In this document: piece by piece, positions 37,836-50,428 of the stretch
How the letters are laid out: every line of letters starts with the position of its first letter
Position numbering within the stretch: position 1 is the stretch's first letter
Source of the DNA: Lama guanicoe
Taxonomy: Eukaryota
Direction of reading: 5' to 3'
Length of the DNA stretch: 64,000 nucleotides
NCBI GenBank assembly: GCA_013239625.1
Contig: MU054323.1
Location: 6,065,220-6,129,219 of the forward strand
The notes under the pieces: generated by a model
Told to the model about the DNA's origin: nothing
The model's input: the letters and a program-made list of their open reading frames with translations, nothing else
Databases searched by the model: none
Made by a program: the position numbers and the translations under genes

Positions 37836-40800
37836 TTCTCTTCAGCCAGTTCCAAGTTATTGATGTCTTAAATTGACTTTAATCTGAGCCTTCTTTTCTT
37901 CAAATGGGCTTTTGATTTCCGGAGTGATATTATACATGGCTGTAAGCTATTGACTGAGGGATCGCCGTTGTGTTTTCAATGTGCTGATGCTGAAAATCTG
38001 CGATATAAATAAACTTCCTCTGGTAGAAACATTATAAAGCACAAGCAGCAGAAATTTATGGAAAGAACAGATTAAATGCTTAGACTTAAATTCTTCAGCG
38101 TGCTGCTTGCCCTAAACTGCTGTGTCTGGAGTTTGGGCTGCTGATTCAGGTGGAAAAAATCAAACGGACACATCGCTTGTCGGTGCATTTTTACTATGAT
38201 CTATTGTGTTGCCAAAAGAGAAAGCTCAAAAGCTGCCATTGATAATCCTGGTTAAAACTTGAAGCATAAATTATTAAGACGTGTAGTTTCTTTTCGGAGT
38301 GGTTAGGGACTGGGGAGTGCAGCACAGTAAAGAAATATAACATCAATATGTGCTTATGCATTGTAATGTGGGACATTTTTATGCCCATAATAAAACATTC
38401 CGCCTACAACTATGTTTATGAAAGCAACAGATAGGAAGATCCATAATGCCGCTTAATAGAGTTAATCACCTCCCATCGGAATGGTTTAAAAGGCTTTTTA
38501 TTGATGTTGAAAAGCTCTGACCATAATTAATACTCCACACACTGTCAGGTGCCAATCAGAGGGCTGAAGGCAGCAAAGGGAAATTTCTAGCACATTGGAG
38601 CTGGGAGAGTTCTCAGAACTGGGTCCATTTATCTGAGCTCCAGGTTTTTAAATCAGGAATCTAGCCTCTGTGTCAAACACTGGCTGGGGCTTGAAGTTCT
38701 AAATTTTAAACTCTGGGGCTCTAGATGTAAATTCTAATTTTGTTCTAGGTCATGAGCTCTGGACTGGTTCTACCCTCGCAACTCTAGACTCTAGGTGACC
38801 CACTCTGGGTCCCTGGGTCCTGAGTGAGATGGCCCTACAGCACGTCTGTATCCAGAGCCGGGGGAAGGGAATGAAAGGATGCTTCCTAACAGTCTTGATT
38901 TAGTTTCCTGTTAGTTTGGTGGATCAGGTTGACCACAGAAACTTATGCTGTGTGCCCTCCCTTCACCTCTGACCATTCCAGCCACTTTTCAACAAAGAAG
39001 AGGGAAGCACTCCACTCGTCCATGGCTGGCCTGCCCCAAATCAGCACATGGGTGAAGGCTGGTCCCTCAGGACCACAGCCTGCCATGGAACAGACTCAGA
39101 CTTACTGGCCAGGCCCGCAGCCAGCCAGCCTTGAGGCTCTGGGACTAATCACACCCCCTTTCCTTCCAAGGAGATGGCTTTATCTCGTTTGTCCCTTATC
39201 ACACAGCTGCTGAGTGATGGGAGCCACAAGGAATCTCCCAAACAGCCCAGAAAAGCTGAGGAGGTGAAGGGTTAGCCTGAAATAATTAAAGAATAAAATC
39301 GCTCTTTAAAAGCTCAATTTGAGCCACCAAGAGTGAAGCAGGCAGCAGGAGATAGCACTTTCCAGGGGTGGGAGGCCCTCTCTTAGGTGCCCAGGCAGCA
39401 ACTCTGGGGAGGCTGGTAGCTGAGTTGGAGCCAGTTGGTACTCTAGCAGAGATTTTTCCAAGTGTGAAAGCTCTTTTTCCTCTTGCAGAGTTGGGCCAAC
39501 AAGAATTAAAAGGGAACCCTGAGGGCAGCAAGTGGAGGGAGGATGGGCTTTGAGGCTAAGCTCTGTCTCGCAACACCACATGGCATACTTCTCATTGCTA
39601 CTGGACTCCCAGGGCACGTAGGGGCTTGGATGGGTGGGTTGTCACCAGAGGCTCAGAGATTTTTGTACTTGCTGGGAAGGTCGTTGTAAGAGCTCTTTAT
39701 TAAGACAGAACCCTACCTGAATTGACTTCTGGCATCCGCCTGAACCAGTCGCTGAGCTTCCATCGCAGCCTGAAGGGGTTGCACCTCCCCACCGCCAGCA
39801 CCACCCAGCGTGAGAGCTGTGCTCAGGTGAATTGGCCTTTCAGCTGGGGAGGCTGTCACAGACATGGGCTGTGCATTGGGTCCCTGAGGGACACTGTCTA
39901 CAGCTGCCCTCCCCGACATGAGCACCGTTGTGAGGACAGGCCACGCCTCCCCGTCCAAAGCCCTGCACAAGTCACAGGGACAGCTGGGGAAGATCACGAG
40001 GCATGGGTGCTGTGGGGGAAAGGCTCACTGGGTCAGCCAACAGAAATGGAGTGACAGCCTATTATGCATAACAAACAGAACCCTCATGGAGCTCACATTC
40101 TGGCTTCCCAAAGCCTCCCAAATAGCCATGGCCTCCACTTCCTGAGTGAGAGAAATAAGAACTTGAGTGTGACCTTCCCAGGGCTGTGCACAGCAGGCTG
40201 AGCTCAAGTCCCAAAACGCCAGAGCCTGGTTCTCAGGTGGATCTCCAGGGTCACATCCCAGCCCCCCTTGGGGAAACTCCCTCCACCCCAGGCAGCCACT
40301 GGCTGAGGGGAGTGTCCCCGGCTCGGTAAATGTTGAGCCTGCAGGAAGAAGCACTGAGGTTTCAGTTTCACTCAGGCCTTCTCAGGGAAACAGAGCCAGC
40401 GGGTTGCAGAACTGGCTCCTCCTTGAGGCAGCAAAGCAAGGGAGACTGAAGTCTCTGAGGCCTGGGAGAAGGGGTTGCAAACTAGTGCTGGAGGCACAGT
40501 TAGCATTCATTGAGGGGATGTGGATGGGTGTACCAGTCTCTGTTCTTGACCCGGCAAGTTGTCTTCGGAAGTTCCGTGTCTCCCACTGGGTTTATGTAAA
40601 CGAGCTGTAGGGCCTGGTCGGGCAGACAGCACACATGGGACACCCCTGACTGAGTAGGGTTGAGTGCCCAGCCACACGCTAGCCCACCCAGACTGGCACG
40701 GTCTACCTAGAGCCCTCGGCCATCAGAGCTGTCCTCCTGCAGCTATCAGGCCCCCAGCAGTTGCCAGGCCCCCACTCTCTCTGCCCACGGCTCTGGTAGC

Positions 40801-41049
40801 CTTGAATCACCCACCAGGCAGCTGTTCCTGATCCCTTCCTGGCCTGTGGCCTTGAGTGAGCCCCGAAGCCTGAGAGACCGGTGCACTGAGCTAGGCTGGG
40901 TGAGTGGTTCTCTGGGGGACTTCTGGGATGAGTTTTCTAATAGAGAGATCTGTGCTGGGAGGTCGTGATACCACCTGCCATTAACAGGAGCACCCTGCCC
41001 ACGGTTCTCACCAAGAAATCATAGGCAGCTGTTTGGAGGCGGGTGAGTG

Positions 41050-41122
41050 ATTTGCAAGGACCACAAGAATATTTGCATAAACATATGTATGGAAGTGTGT
41101 GTTTATTTGCATTCATTTGCAT
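41050..41122. promoter_or_regulatory. Homotypic octamer (POU) motif cluster
   Basis: ATTTGCAT at 41071, 41105 and 41115, plus the near-match ATTTGCAA at 41050. Confidence 0.55.
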
Positions 41123-41267
41123 AAATTGCTGGCTCTTGGAGCTGTCGTTCCTTAATTTTATTTTATTTTTTTCACTAGATTTCTTTGAGTTCTGAGTGCA
41201 GATCTGAACACTTCAGGAATGAGAACCAAAAGGCAAAAACAACAACAGCACTGGGGCAGGAGGACAG

Positions 41268-41445
41268 AGGGCCTCAAACTTTACTGAACATTAAAATTTC
41301 CTGGGGAGCTTTTAAAAATCCTGGTGCCTAGATCACACACACACTTATTGAATAGAAACTCTAGGGGTGGGGCCCAGGCATAAGTATTTTTTTGAAGCTT
41401 CCAGCTGAGTCTGATGCACAGGCCAAGGTTGAGAACTGATGCCTT
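41268..41445. mobile_element. MER5A-like DNA transposon remnant
   Basis: cctggggagcttttaaaaatcctggtgcc...gaaactctaggggtggggcccaggcat...tctgatgcacaggccaaggttgagaactgatg. Confidence 0.75.
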
Positions 41446-44400
41446 AGACAGGGCAGGCCCATGTCAGATCACACCAGCCTCAGCCTCCAGCTGCAGACAC
41501 TGGGCACCTCACCTCACCTTCCTCACATGTACGAGACACCCGTGACACTCAAAACAAGTGCCGCGAGGTACGTGAAGGGCCACGCCAGCACACAGTCAGC
41601 TCTTGATAAAGGAGCCTTCATCATCATCACCATCTCTCTGCAGAGTCATCATGTAGGACCAGAGCGTCTAGAGGCCTGGCTGCTTCTCCTGGCCCTGCGA
41701 CCCAGGTCACCCTGGACTCCACCCCGGCCCCCAGTCAGCCCCCAGGAGCAGCGAGTGCTGCAGGGTGGGCCCAGGATCCGAGATGCATGGTCCTTCCTCC
41801 TTCAAAATAACTTCCAGGCTGATGATTCCACCATTGCCAGGTGCCTGGGAAGTGGGTGCTTGCAAGGGGAAGACAGCGTGTTTCAGAGAGAGCCAGCCCA
41901 GCCCTGCCCCCCTCCCTCTCTGCTCCTCCCTCCAGGCTGGGAGAGAGCCAGGCGCTGGGGCTTGCAGGGGTTTTCTTTCCCTGGTGGGTGCTGTCTGGGG
42001 GAAGAAGGATGCTGGAGATCTGGGACTGCCCACTGCACTTGTACTCAGTGCCGTCGGACCCAGAGTCCTGCAGCGTCTCACTCTTCCTGCTGGATCCACC
42101 TGTCCACCGGGCCCACGGCCCCAGGCTCCTTAGGGCCCTTGTCCCTCCATGCGCCTTCCTACTTCTGTTCCTTTGCTTGTGCCACGCACTCTGAGGGCAG
42201 CCCTTCCTCCACAGAAGGACTCAGGATTTGTTGGCTCAATTCCTGTCCATTCAAGACCCAGCTCAGTGCCTCCTCTTCCATGACACCTTCTCTGATCCAG
42301 CAACTATTAATTCCCTCTGTCACTCGTTCAAACCTTACCTGAAACCTGTTCGAGGTCAGAAGCTCTGCTGGGCTCTGGGGTACAGAAGCTGGTCAGACCC
42401 AGGCTCTGCTTTCGAGAGCTTTTCTGAGCAGTGATCAAAATCCACTCTGTTCTCCTCCTCAGCACCTGCAGGGAAATGGGAAATTCCTGTCTCCTCCTGC
42501 TGTGCAGATGCACCGCATTAACAGACGCTGCTCAGGGTGGACAATACAGGTCTTGCTAACAGGAGACAGGCATGGCCGTACTTTAGCCTGCAGAGGCCAA
42601 GAAAGGAGGGAAGTGTTGGTTTCAGAACCTTCAGAAGGCAGAGGGGAGCAGGTGGGAGCTGAGGGAGAGGCTTCTGATGGCAGCCAGCCCACTCCTGCCC
42701 TGGATGCACCTTTGCTGGGACACGTGGGGTCATTCCTGCAGCTTCAGGGAACTCTATGGCTTGATTTGCAGACAGACACCCACCCCCCGCCGCCCCTGCC
42801 AAGTGCAGGGCAGCTGTGCTGGGGAAAGCCTTCTTCCCAGCCTGCCCCAGGGCCTGGATGCTTCCCCCTGGGATCGGGGCTGTAGTTAACCTCCACCAGA
42901 CCTTCCTATCCCACTGTGTCCCCCTCACCTCCACCCACCAGCGGCAACACTCGCCCCAAGGGTCCTGGCCCTTGGGCACCCACAGTCCAAGGGCCTGACA
43001 GATGAGAAAATAACCTCGGCACTCTGGTGAGCCCAGTGCTTTGAGTCCAGGGACGGCATCTGAACCTGGTCTTATGGGACAAATAGACAGGTCCTGCAAG
43101 AGGAAGAGGAGAGAGTAGTGCTGACGAAGGGAGCCGCCTGTGCAAGAAGCAGCCTGCGTGCTGCCCCTCCACGGCCACCCCACACCCTTCACTTCCCTTC
43201 ACAGCCATCACCCCCCCAGCCTGTGTGCAGCTGCACCTAATGCCAAGAAAGCTCGTAAGGACGGAAAGCAGGACAGCGGGCTCGCTTTGGTCTCCTCCCT
43301 ACCTGCGCGTGGCAGGGCTCCGTCTGTGTAGGCTGATCCGTGCTGGACACAGCCCATGGGGGAGACTGGGCAGGGGCTGGGCTTCTTCGCTTTTGTGCCG
43401 TGCCGGGGACAGAGCCGCCCCATGTGGCCATGCTCAGCCAGTCTCTGAGCACAGTGGCAGGTTCCCAGGGATGCCCAGCCCCTGTGTCCAGCCCTTCTAG
43501 AGCAGGGAGGACCCAGAACCCAGGGCTGCAGCCGAGACACAGGCCCTTTCCTGCCCTCGCAGGACAGCCCCTCTTGGGTAATTACTTCCAATAAGAGTTT
43601 GTAAAAACAGTACTCCGGCTTTATTATAGACTCTAATAGGTTCAGCTTCTCAAGAAAAATAGACTGTCAGGCTAAATACCTGTGGGGAAGTGATCGCGCG
43701 GAGAGGGATATCATTAAAGCTGGCAGCTCAGCTGAAATAATAGTGTGAAAGGTCCCGTGTCAGGGAAATCAACCCAGAAGGTCAGGGAGCACACGAGCCC
43801 AAATAGGCCTGCCCTTCCTGCATCTGGGTCTTTGCAGTGTAAGTCGCTGCTTGGAGCCAGCGTGTGTGAGCCGCCCCAGGACCACTCCTGTGGGTTCCAG
43901 AGCTGGAACCAGGCTCTGGGAATTCCGGGAATAAAAGGCAGCATCTCTGCCCAGCCAGAGCTCACAGTCTAACCAGAGGCAGAAATCAGCAGGCAAATGG
44001 CATGCACTGAAGAGGGAGGGATTGACAGGGGAGAAGCCTGAACTGGCAGACAGGAGGTGGGGTTGAAGGGAATGTCAAGAGGGTTCACCTGGGGACCCTT
44101 GGAGGGACCTCCTGGGACCAGGCCGAGGTGCCTCGTCCGTGGGCTCGCATGCACCCAGCACCCCACCAGCCAGTGTGATGGGCAGGTGTGTCGGACAAGT
44201 GGCTGGTAGACAGGGCACGGAGAGTGGGCCCACCTGAAGCATCACCAGGGGCTGGCTCCTCCCCGGGGCACAGTGTCTCCTGGGCTGCCTGACTGCCTGG
44301 AGGGCACTGCCCCACTTTCTTCTTTTATGCTCATTTTCTGATTTTCCTGGAATGATGGTGGCGACTAAAGACCATTAGCAACAGGAGAAACTGAAATGAT

Positions 44401-45479
44401 GCCTGGGCCTTCGCCTCCCCTGAAATAACAAGAGACAACGTGTTGCCCAGACCTGACCCGGCCAGGCCATTGGGAAGGGTGAGCACAGATGGAGACCTGG
44501 GGGGCAGACAGCCATGGAGAGACTCCCCTTCCAAGAAGACTACAGAAGGCAGAAGTGGGGCAGAGAGCTGTCCCCACCCCCACAAAACACACATGCGTGC
44601 GCGCGATCGCTCCTCCCCTGCCTCCTCACCCCAAGTCCTCTCGGGCTGTGAATTCTCTTCTCCTGTGATGTGATTCACAGAGCTCTGAGCTGCCATTAGC
44701 CCCCGGCATCTGAGGTTTCCGTTTCATTTCCTTCTTTACCTGGGTAACTGAACTGATTGTACTCCCAGCTCCGGTTCACTAATTCTCACAAATCCTTTTA
44801 AACTATTGATTTATTTGCTGGGACCGTGGCACTCAGAATTCTTGGGAAATACTGGCTTTTGCTAAAGCACGTGGAGGAGGACTGCGTTTCCTTTTCTTTA
44901 TATCTCTCTCCACCCCCTGCAATTCCCGGTCATCCCCAGGCCGCCCCTCTCTCCCTCCTCAGTCGGCCTTCAGCATCACCACTGCTCACGTAGCTCTCAT
45001 CCAGCTTCTCACCTTGGGTGCCTTGTGTCCCCACTGAGCCGCCCTCTCCCCTGGGCCGGGGACTATCCTGCTCATCTATTGCCCCTTCTCCTCTGCAGCT
45101 CCCCTCCGCCACCAGCTCTCAGCCCAGTACCCTGTACCTTGAAGGTACCTGACAAATGTGCTTGGGCTGGTTACCTGTGTATCTGGGGAATTCAGAGGAA
45201 GATCATCAGAATGGGTTGGAAGAGCAGAGGGGCAATCCGGAAGAAGGGGATTGGGTGCAAAAGGCCAGGGGAAGGGGTGATGGGGGCCAAGGTGTCATGT
45301 GACGGGGGGCCCACGTGTGTGGGGTGAGACCACTCACAGTTGACTCTGAGCAGCCTTTTTGAGTATAAGAGACAAAACTGACTCATTAAATCCACCAGTA
45401 CTACCCAATCTCCTGTGGGATAAAGATCGCAGGAGGATTTATCTCTTTCACAGCCGGATACAGGCCTGCCTCTCACATC

Positions 45480-45610
45480 ACATGCTCAGACACACTCATT
45501 CACACACACATGTGCTCGTACACATACATACACACATCATATGCACACACATGCCATACACTCATGCCCACATACTTATACACAACACACACACACACAC
45601 ACACACATAC
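45480..45610. repeat. Degenerate (CA)n microsatellite
   Basis: Interrupted CA/CATA runs ending in a pure CA run near 45585-45607. Confidence 0.9.
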
Positions 45611-48600
45611 GTGTCCTCGTGGTTCACATGTTGCCCCTCCAGCCCACCTGGTGAGCCCCTACTTATCTTTCTAGTGTTCCCTTAATCATCTCCAGTCCAG
45701 TGGAAGCCTCCCTGCTCTCCAGGGAGCAGAGCCAGCCACCCTTCCTCTGCCCAGTGCTTGCCCTGTTAAAGCTTTCACTCAGCATCACAGTTATTTAGTG
45801 TGTCCCCTGTTAAACAGTGAGCTCCCCAGGTCTGCAGACTTCTGCATCCGTGTGTGTCCTTGGACCCCACCCAGTGCCCAGCACACAGGAGACAAACAAT
45901 ATCTATTTAATGGATAAACAAGTGGGCCAAACAGACACAAGGTGTCTGCCATTCCCAGAGTCTGCCTCCAAAAGGGGATATTCACACTTCAACCTCATTC
46001 AGCTGTGGACTTAGTCTCCTGCTCCAGTGCACCCCAACCTCCCTGCTTTCTGCCCTGACCCCTGAGCACCTAGAACTCTCTGAGGTGCTGAACTTGCTTA
46101 TCTCACTTGGCCCCAGCTATCTGTCCTGGCCTCTTGACTCTAGTCCCTGTAGCCAAGAACCACCCCAACTTCCAAGAATCTACCTCCTGATGGACAAGAA
46201 GCAGTGTCTATAAATACACTATAAGCAGAGCATAGTTCACGGAGGCACCAAGCATTATGAGAGCACAGAGGGAGGAGACGGCTCCTCATCTCCACCCCAA
46301 ACATCAGATTCAACTCTGTCCTTGAGGCCAGACACAGTCTCATCCTCCCCTAGTTCTCAGGACCAAGACCCCTCAGGGCACCTGCCTCCCTGGTGCCAAG
46401 TTCTAGCTCCTGGAGGAGGCTCCTGCCTCACAGAGGGACTGGAGAGCTACCTTCCCTCCAAATCCCTCAGCCCCTGGCTGCTCCCAGCTCATCTGCCTTG
46501 GGCTCCCACTGGCCCCTTGTGAACCCCACCCTCAGGGTCCTGACTTGACTCACCTGGATACTTAATTCACTGCCCATTGGCCCTCCCCACTGCAGCACAT
46601 TACCATAGAGTCCCAGCTTCTTGCAGAGCTCCCCACACACTGGTCTTGACCTCATTTCCCACCCAACTCTCCTAAGCCCTGGCCTTCTCCAGGACACCCA
46701 CATCCCTGCAATGCCGTGACATTTTCATCCTCTCCTGCTCAGAGTATTCCCATTGCCCCCTTGACTTCCATCTTCAAAGCAGGAGATGGAGCCTTCTTTA
46801 CTGGGGCTGCCAGTGTCGACCTACCCAGGTATTTCCCTCCAACTGCAGCCTCACGGTTTGCCTAGTGGCCTTCCCTGCTCATCCAAAGATCTGCTCCCAC
46901 TTCTACAGTGACCAACTCTGGCCACTGGGGTTCTAACACTCTGCCCCCTGGCCTCCCTCATCCCTCCCCAAACAAAAGCCCATCCCCTTGGACTCCTACC
47001 CCAAGGCCTCAAGGTGAGAGCTGTCAGTGAAAGCAGCCAGCTGTTGGCCTACGTGTGAGCAGGTCTTACCATCCAGGCCACTGGGACCCTGGAAAGCTGA
47101 GAGGGCCACCTCTCTCTGGCCCCTGTGTGAAGGCCCCAGTTTTGCAGAGTTGCCTTGAGGGCTCCAGGCTGCACCTGGGCTCAGCGGAGCTGTTGGGGTG
47201 GTCAGTCTTTCCCAAGAGAGCCCTTTAAGGCTCTTCAAAGCCACTGGAGCTGAACAGAATAGATAAATCCCTCCCCAGGGAGGACCTAGTGGATGTAACC
47301 ATGCTTAGCGGCTGTAGATGCCATACAAAGTTATTATTAACAGTGGTATATCCTGAAGTTAGAAGGGGCTTTGTTTTCACATTCTTTCCATCTGACTCCA
47401 CACAACTGTGACATTTCAAATGGTTCTTCTGGGTCATACTTTGGGGAAGTTATTCTTACCACTCAGAACATGTCTGCATCTGGTCTGTAACTCACCCAGA
47501 ATTCCAATCAGAAAGGAACTTTTTGTGCAAATCATGGTACCAGGTGTTCAGGGGCCAGAGAGACGAGCCCTCCAGGAGATCACAGCCTAGAAAGGAGACA
47601 GACAGACAGACATTCTTCTGGAATTAGGCAGCCAGGGGTGTCTACTGCAATTGAGGCACCAACAAAGTCTCAGGGGACCACAGGGGAGGTCTGTGATCAG
47701 GGAACTTCGTAAGAATTCTTACAGGATGGAATTTAAGCTGAGGCTTAAGGGATGGATGAGACCCTAAAAAAAGTGTTAGGGGAAACTTGGCCGAAGGGGC
47801 TGAAAGAGAAATAATGAAAGTGAAGGAACAGGAGGACATAGTGGGCATGAACTTAGAAAAAGGGTTGAGGGATGTGTGGGGACATGAATAGAAGTGAGGC
47901 TATGAACAAAGGTTAAAAGTAATTCCTAGAAGGCTCTGACAGCCACTGGGAAGGAGTTTAGGAATGAGGGACTCAACATTCCTTGCTTGAGTAGCCTCTA
48001 GATGAGGAAAGAGCTCTTCCTCAAGGTCACAGGGCTGTCATGGTGATTCTATGGCTTGATCTAGGTCTCCTGGTCATCTGCCCCATGCCCAGGCTGGCAT
48101 CTGCCTCTGGTCAGTCTTTGGACCTAAGACACAGAGGAAGAGAAGGTGATGTTTCTGTTAGTTTTCGGAGGGTTTCAAATAATTTTAAGGAGAAAATTTC
48201 AAAATTACGTTTATGTCATCTTGGAGGACATGAGAATGTTCTAACTGGAAGGTAATCTTCATTCTGCCCAGCATATTCTTTGCAAGCTCCCACTGATGTG
48301 CAGCCCTGGGGCGGGGGCTATAGGAACAGAAAAGATCTTGGGTGCCAAGTTTCAATGTTTGAGAAATAAGTCTGTCACCTAGCGTTGGACAACTTGGAAA
48401 AGGCAGGCTGGTGAGAAGCGGTGATTGTTCTTAGGGCTCTGTCAGAGGCAAGAAACCTGAATCTTTCACGTTTCCCTTCTCTGGAGAACTCCATTTCCTG
48501 GGAGGGTTTTCCCACAGAGTGGTGGGGCTGGGACTCAGTGACTTCCCAGTAGAAGGCTCGTCCCTCTGACTCAGGCTGGGTGTGTGGCCCACAGGTGGTT

Positions 48601-49436
48601 TTATTCTGTCTTACTAGAAGCTGGATCCCAGCTGGCTGATTCTGAGCCCAAGGAGACGGGGAAGAGGAGTATATCTGCTGGATGGGGGAGAGGGAGAGGA
48701 AGGGCAGCATCCAGCGTGGGAGCTCAGCCTCCAGACCAGCTGTGACCTGGCTGGGTAGCAGCAGCAGGAGGCTTTGTTTGTGTAAAGCCGCCATTTGTCC
48801 CCGCAGTGTCGGTGTCGGCACGCGTCAGGCTCCTGCCCCCGGATGAATTATCCTCTGGGCGTGCGTGACACCGTCTTCGCTGGGCTTTCTCAGTATATTT
48901 CACAACTGCTCTGAGTTTATAATTTTTTCAGGTCCTTTATCAAATGTGTGTCATAAACACCAATGGACTTGAGAGCATTTATCACCTAGCTGGGTTCTTA
49001 CGTGAGCTCTGAAAAAAATTATTTGGCTGCACAGCCTTTCTCGGGGCTCTGATTTAATGGACTTCTCTGCTGCAAAGCCATTGAAATTCGTTGCCTTTTA
49101 ATATTTGACATCTCTTCCTCTTTATTACCACCTCAGACAGCCTTTCTAGTCCAGCTGGAACGAGCCCATTAGTCTCTGACAAATAACTTGTGTCGTTTGG
49201 TAAAAAATATGCAGAAGTTTGGCTGCAACTTCATCTCCAGTCTTGGTTGTGTTTGTGGCCTCACTCTCCCCGAAGCAAAGCATCCAGCCCCAGGCAGCCC
49301 CTCCCCAGTGTCTCCTTTCCCTCTGATGCCACTTGCTGGACTTGCTGGATCCACGCAGCCAGGTTACCCTAACCATGTACAACAGAGTTGGAGACGGGTA
49401 TTTTATTTAGAGACGTGCATAACTGGGTATTAAGAA

Positions 49437-49898
49437 TTCACCTCATAGTAGCACTCTTCACAATAGCCAAAAGGAGGAAGCAACCCAGGTATCCACTGAC
49501 AAATGAATGGATAAGCAAAATGTGCTCAATCCATACAATGGAATAGTATTCAGCCTTAAAGTGGAAGGAAATGTTCACATATGCTACAACATGGATGAAC
49601 CCTGAGGATATTATGCTAAGTGAAATAAGCCAGTCGCAAAAAGACAAATACTATATGATTCCGTTTATATGCGATACCCAGAGTAGTCAAGTTTACAGAG
49701 ACAGAAAGTAGACAAGTCACTGCCAGGGGATGGGGGAAGAGGAGAGTGGGAATTTGTTTTTTAATGGATACAGAGTTCAGTTTTGCAAGATGAAGAGTTC
49801 TAGAGATTGATTGCAAAACGGTGTAAATGTATTTAACACTACTGAACTTAAAAATGGTTAGGATGGTTAATTTTACAACAATAAAAAAAAAAAAAGAA
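49437..49898 (+). mobile_element. L1M (L1MB-like) 3' end with poly(A) tail
   Basis: tagcactcttcacaatagccaaaagg...aatgaatggataagcaaaatgtg...atgctaagtgaaataagccagtc...actgaacttaaaaatggtta, then aataaa and an A-run. Confidence 0.9.
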
Positions 49899-49954
49899 GT
49901 AGCTTCAAACTGAGCCAGCAAAGGAGAAACCGACACGGAGAAAGTGCTCTATGA

Positions 49955-50353
49955 TTCTGAGATTTAGTGGCTTAAAGCCACAAACGTCTATTTAGATGAT
50001 GATTCTGGTTGTCAGTTTGGGTTGGGCTCGGCTGATCTGGGTCCGGCTCAGCTGATATTGGTGGGGGACTGGCTGGTGTAAATGGCTTGTCTATGAGGGC
50101 TCACCACTGCCCCACGTGGTCACTCATCTTCCAACAGACTAGTCCAGGAGTGATCACACGGCGGTGGTGGCAGAGAAAATGAGCAAAAGCAAGCAAAACT
50201 GCTTGAGGCTGTGGCTCACACTCACATGGTGTCCTTTAGACTGTATTTTGTGGCCCAAAACAAGTCACAAGGCCAGACAAGATTCAAAGGGTGGGGCGGT
50301 TAACTCCACCCCTTGGTAGGAGGGGCTGCAAGGAATTTTTGCAATCTACCACA
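49955..50353 (-). mobile_element. Old MaLR LTR (MLT1 family) remnant
   Basis: ttagtggcttaaa..., tttgggttgggctcggctg, ggcccaaaacaagtcacaaggccagacaagattcaaagggtgggg, ending ttttgcaatctaccaca. Confidence 0.7.
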
Positions 50354-50356
50354 CCA

Positions 50357-50428
50357 CCTATATAAATAAATAAATATATATAAATATAATATGTAAATAT
50401 ATAAAATAAAAATAAAACAATAAAACAA
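50357..50428. repeat. AT-rich low-complexity tract
   Basis: tatataaataaataaatatatataaatataatatgtaaatatataaaataaaaataaaac. Confidence 0.9.

Noticed and set aside
41461..42342. Longest ORF in the track (293 aa, + strand)
   Set aside because: No recognisable domain or exon-like boundaries; it runs through degenerate repeat-like sequence and is plausible by chance at this GC content.
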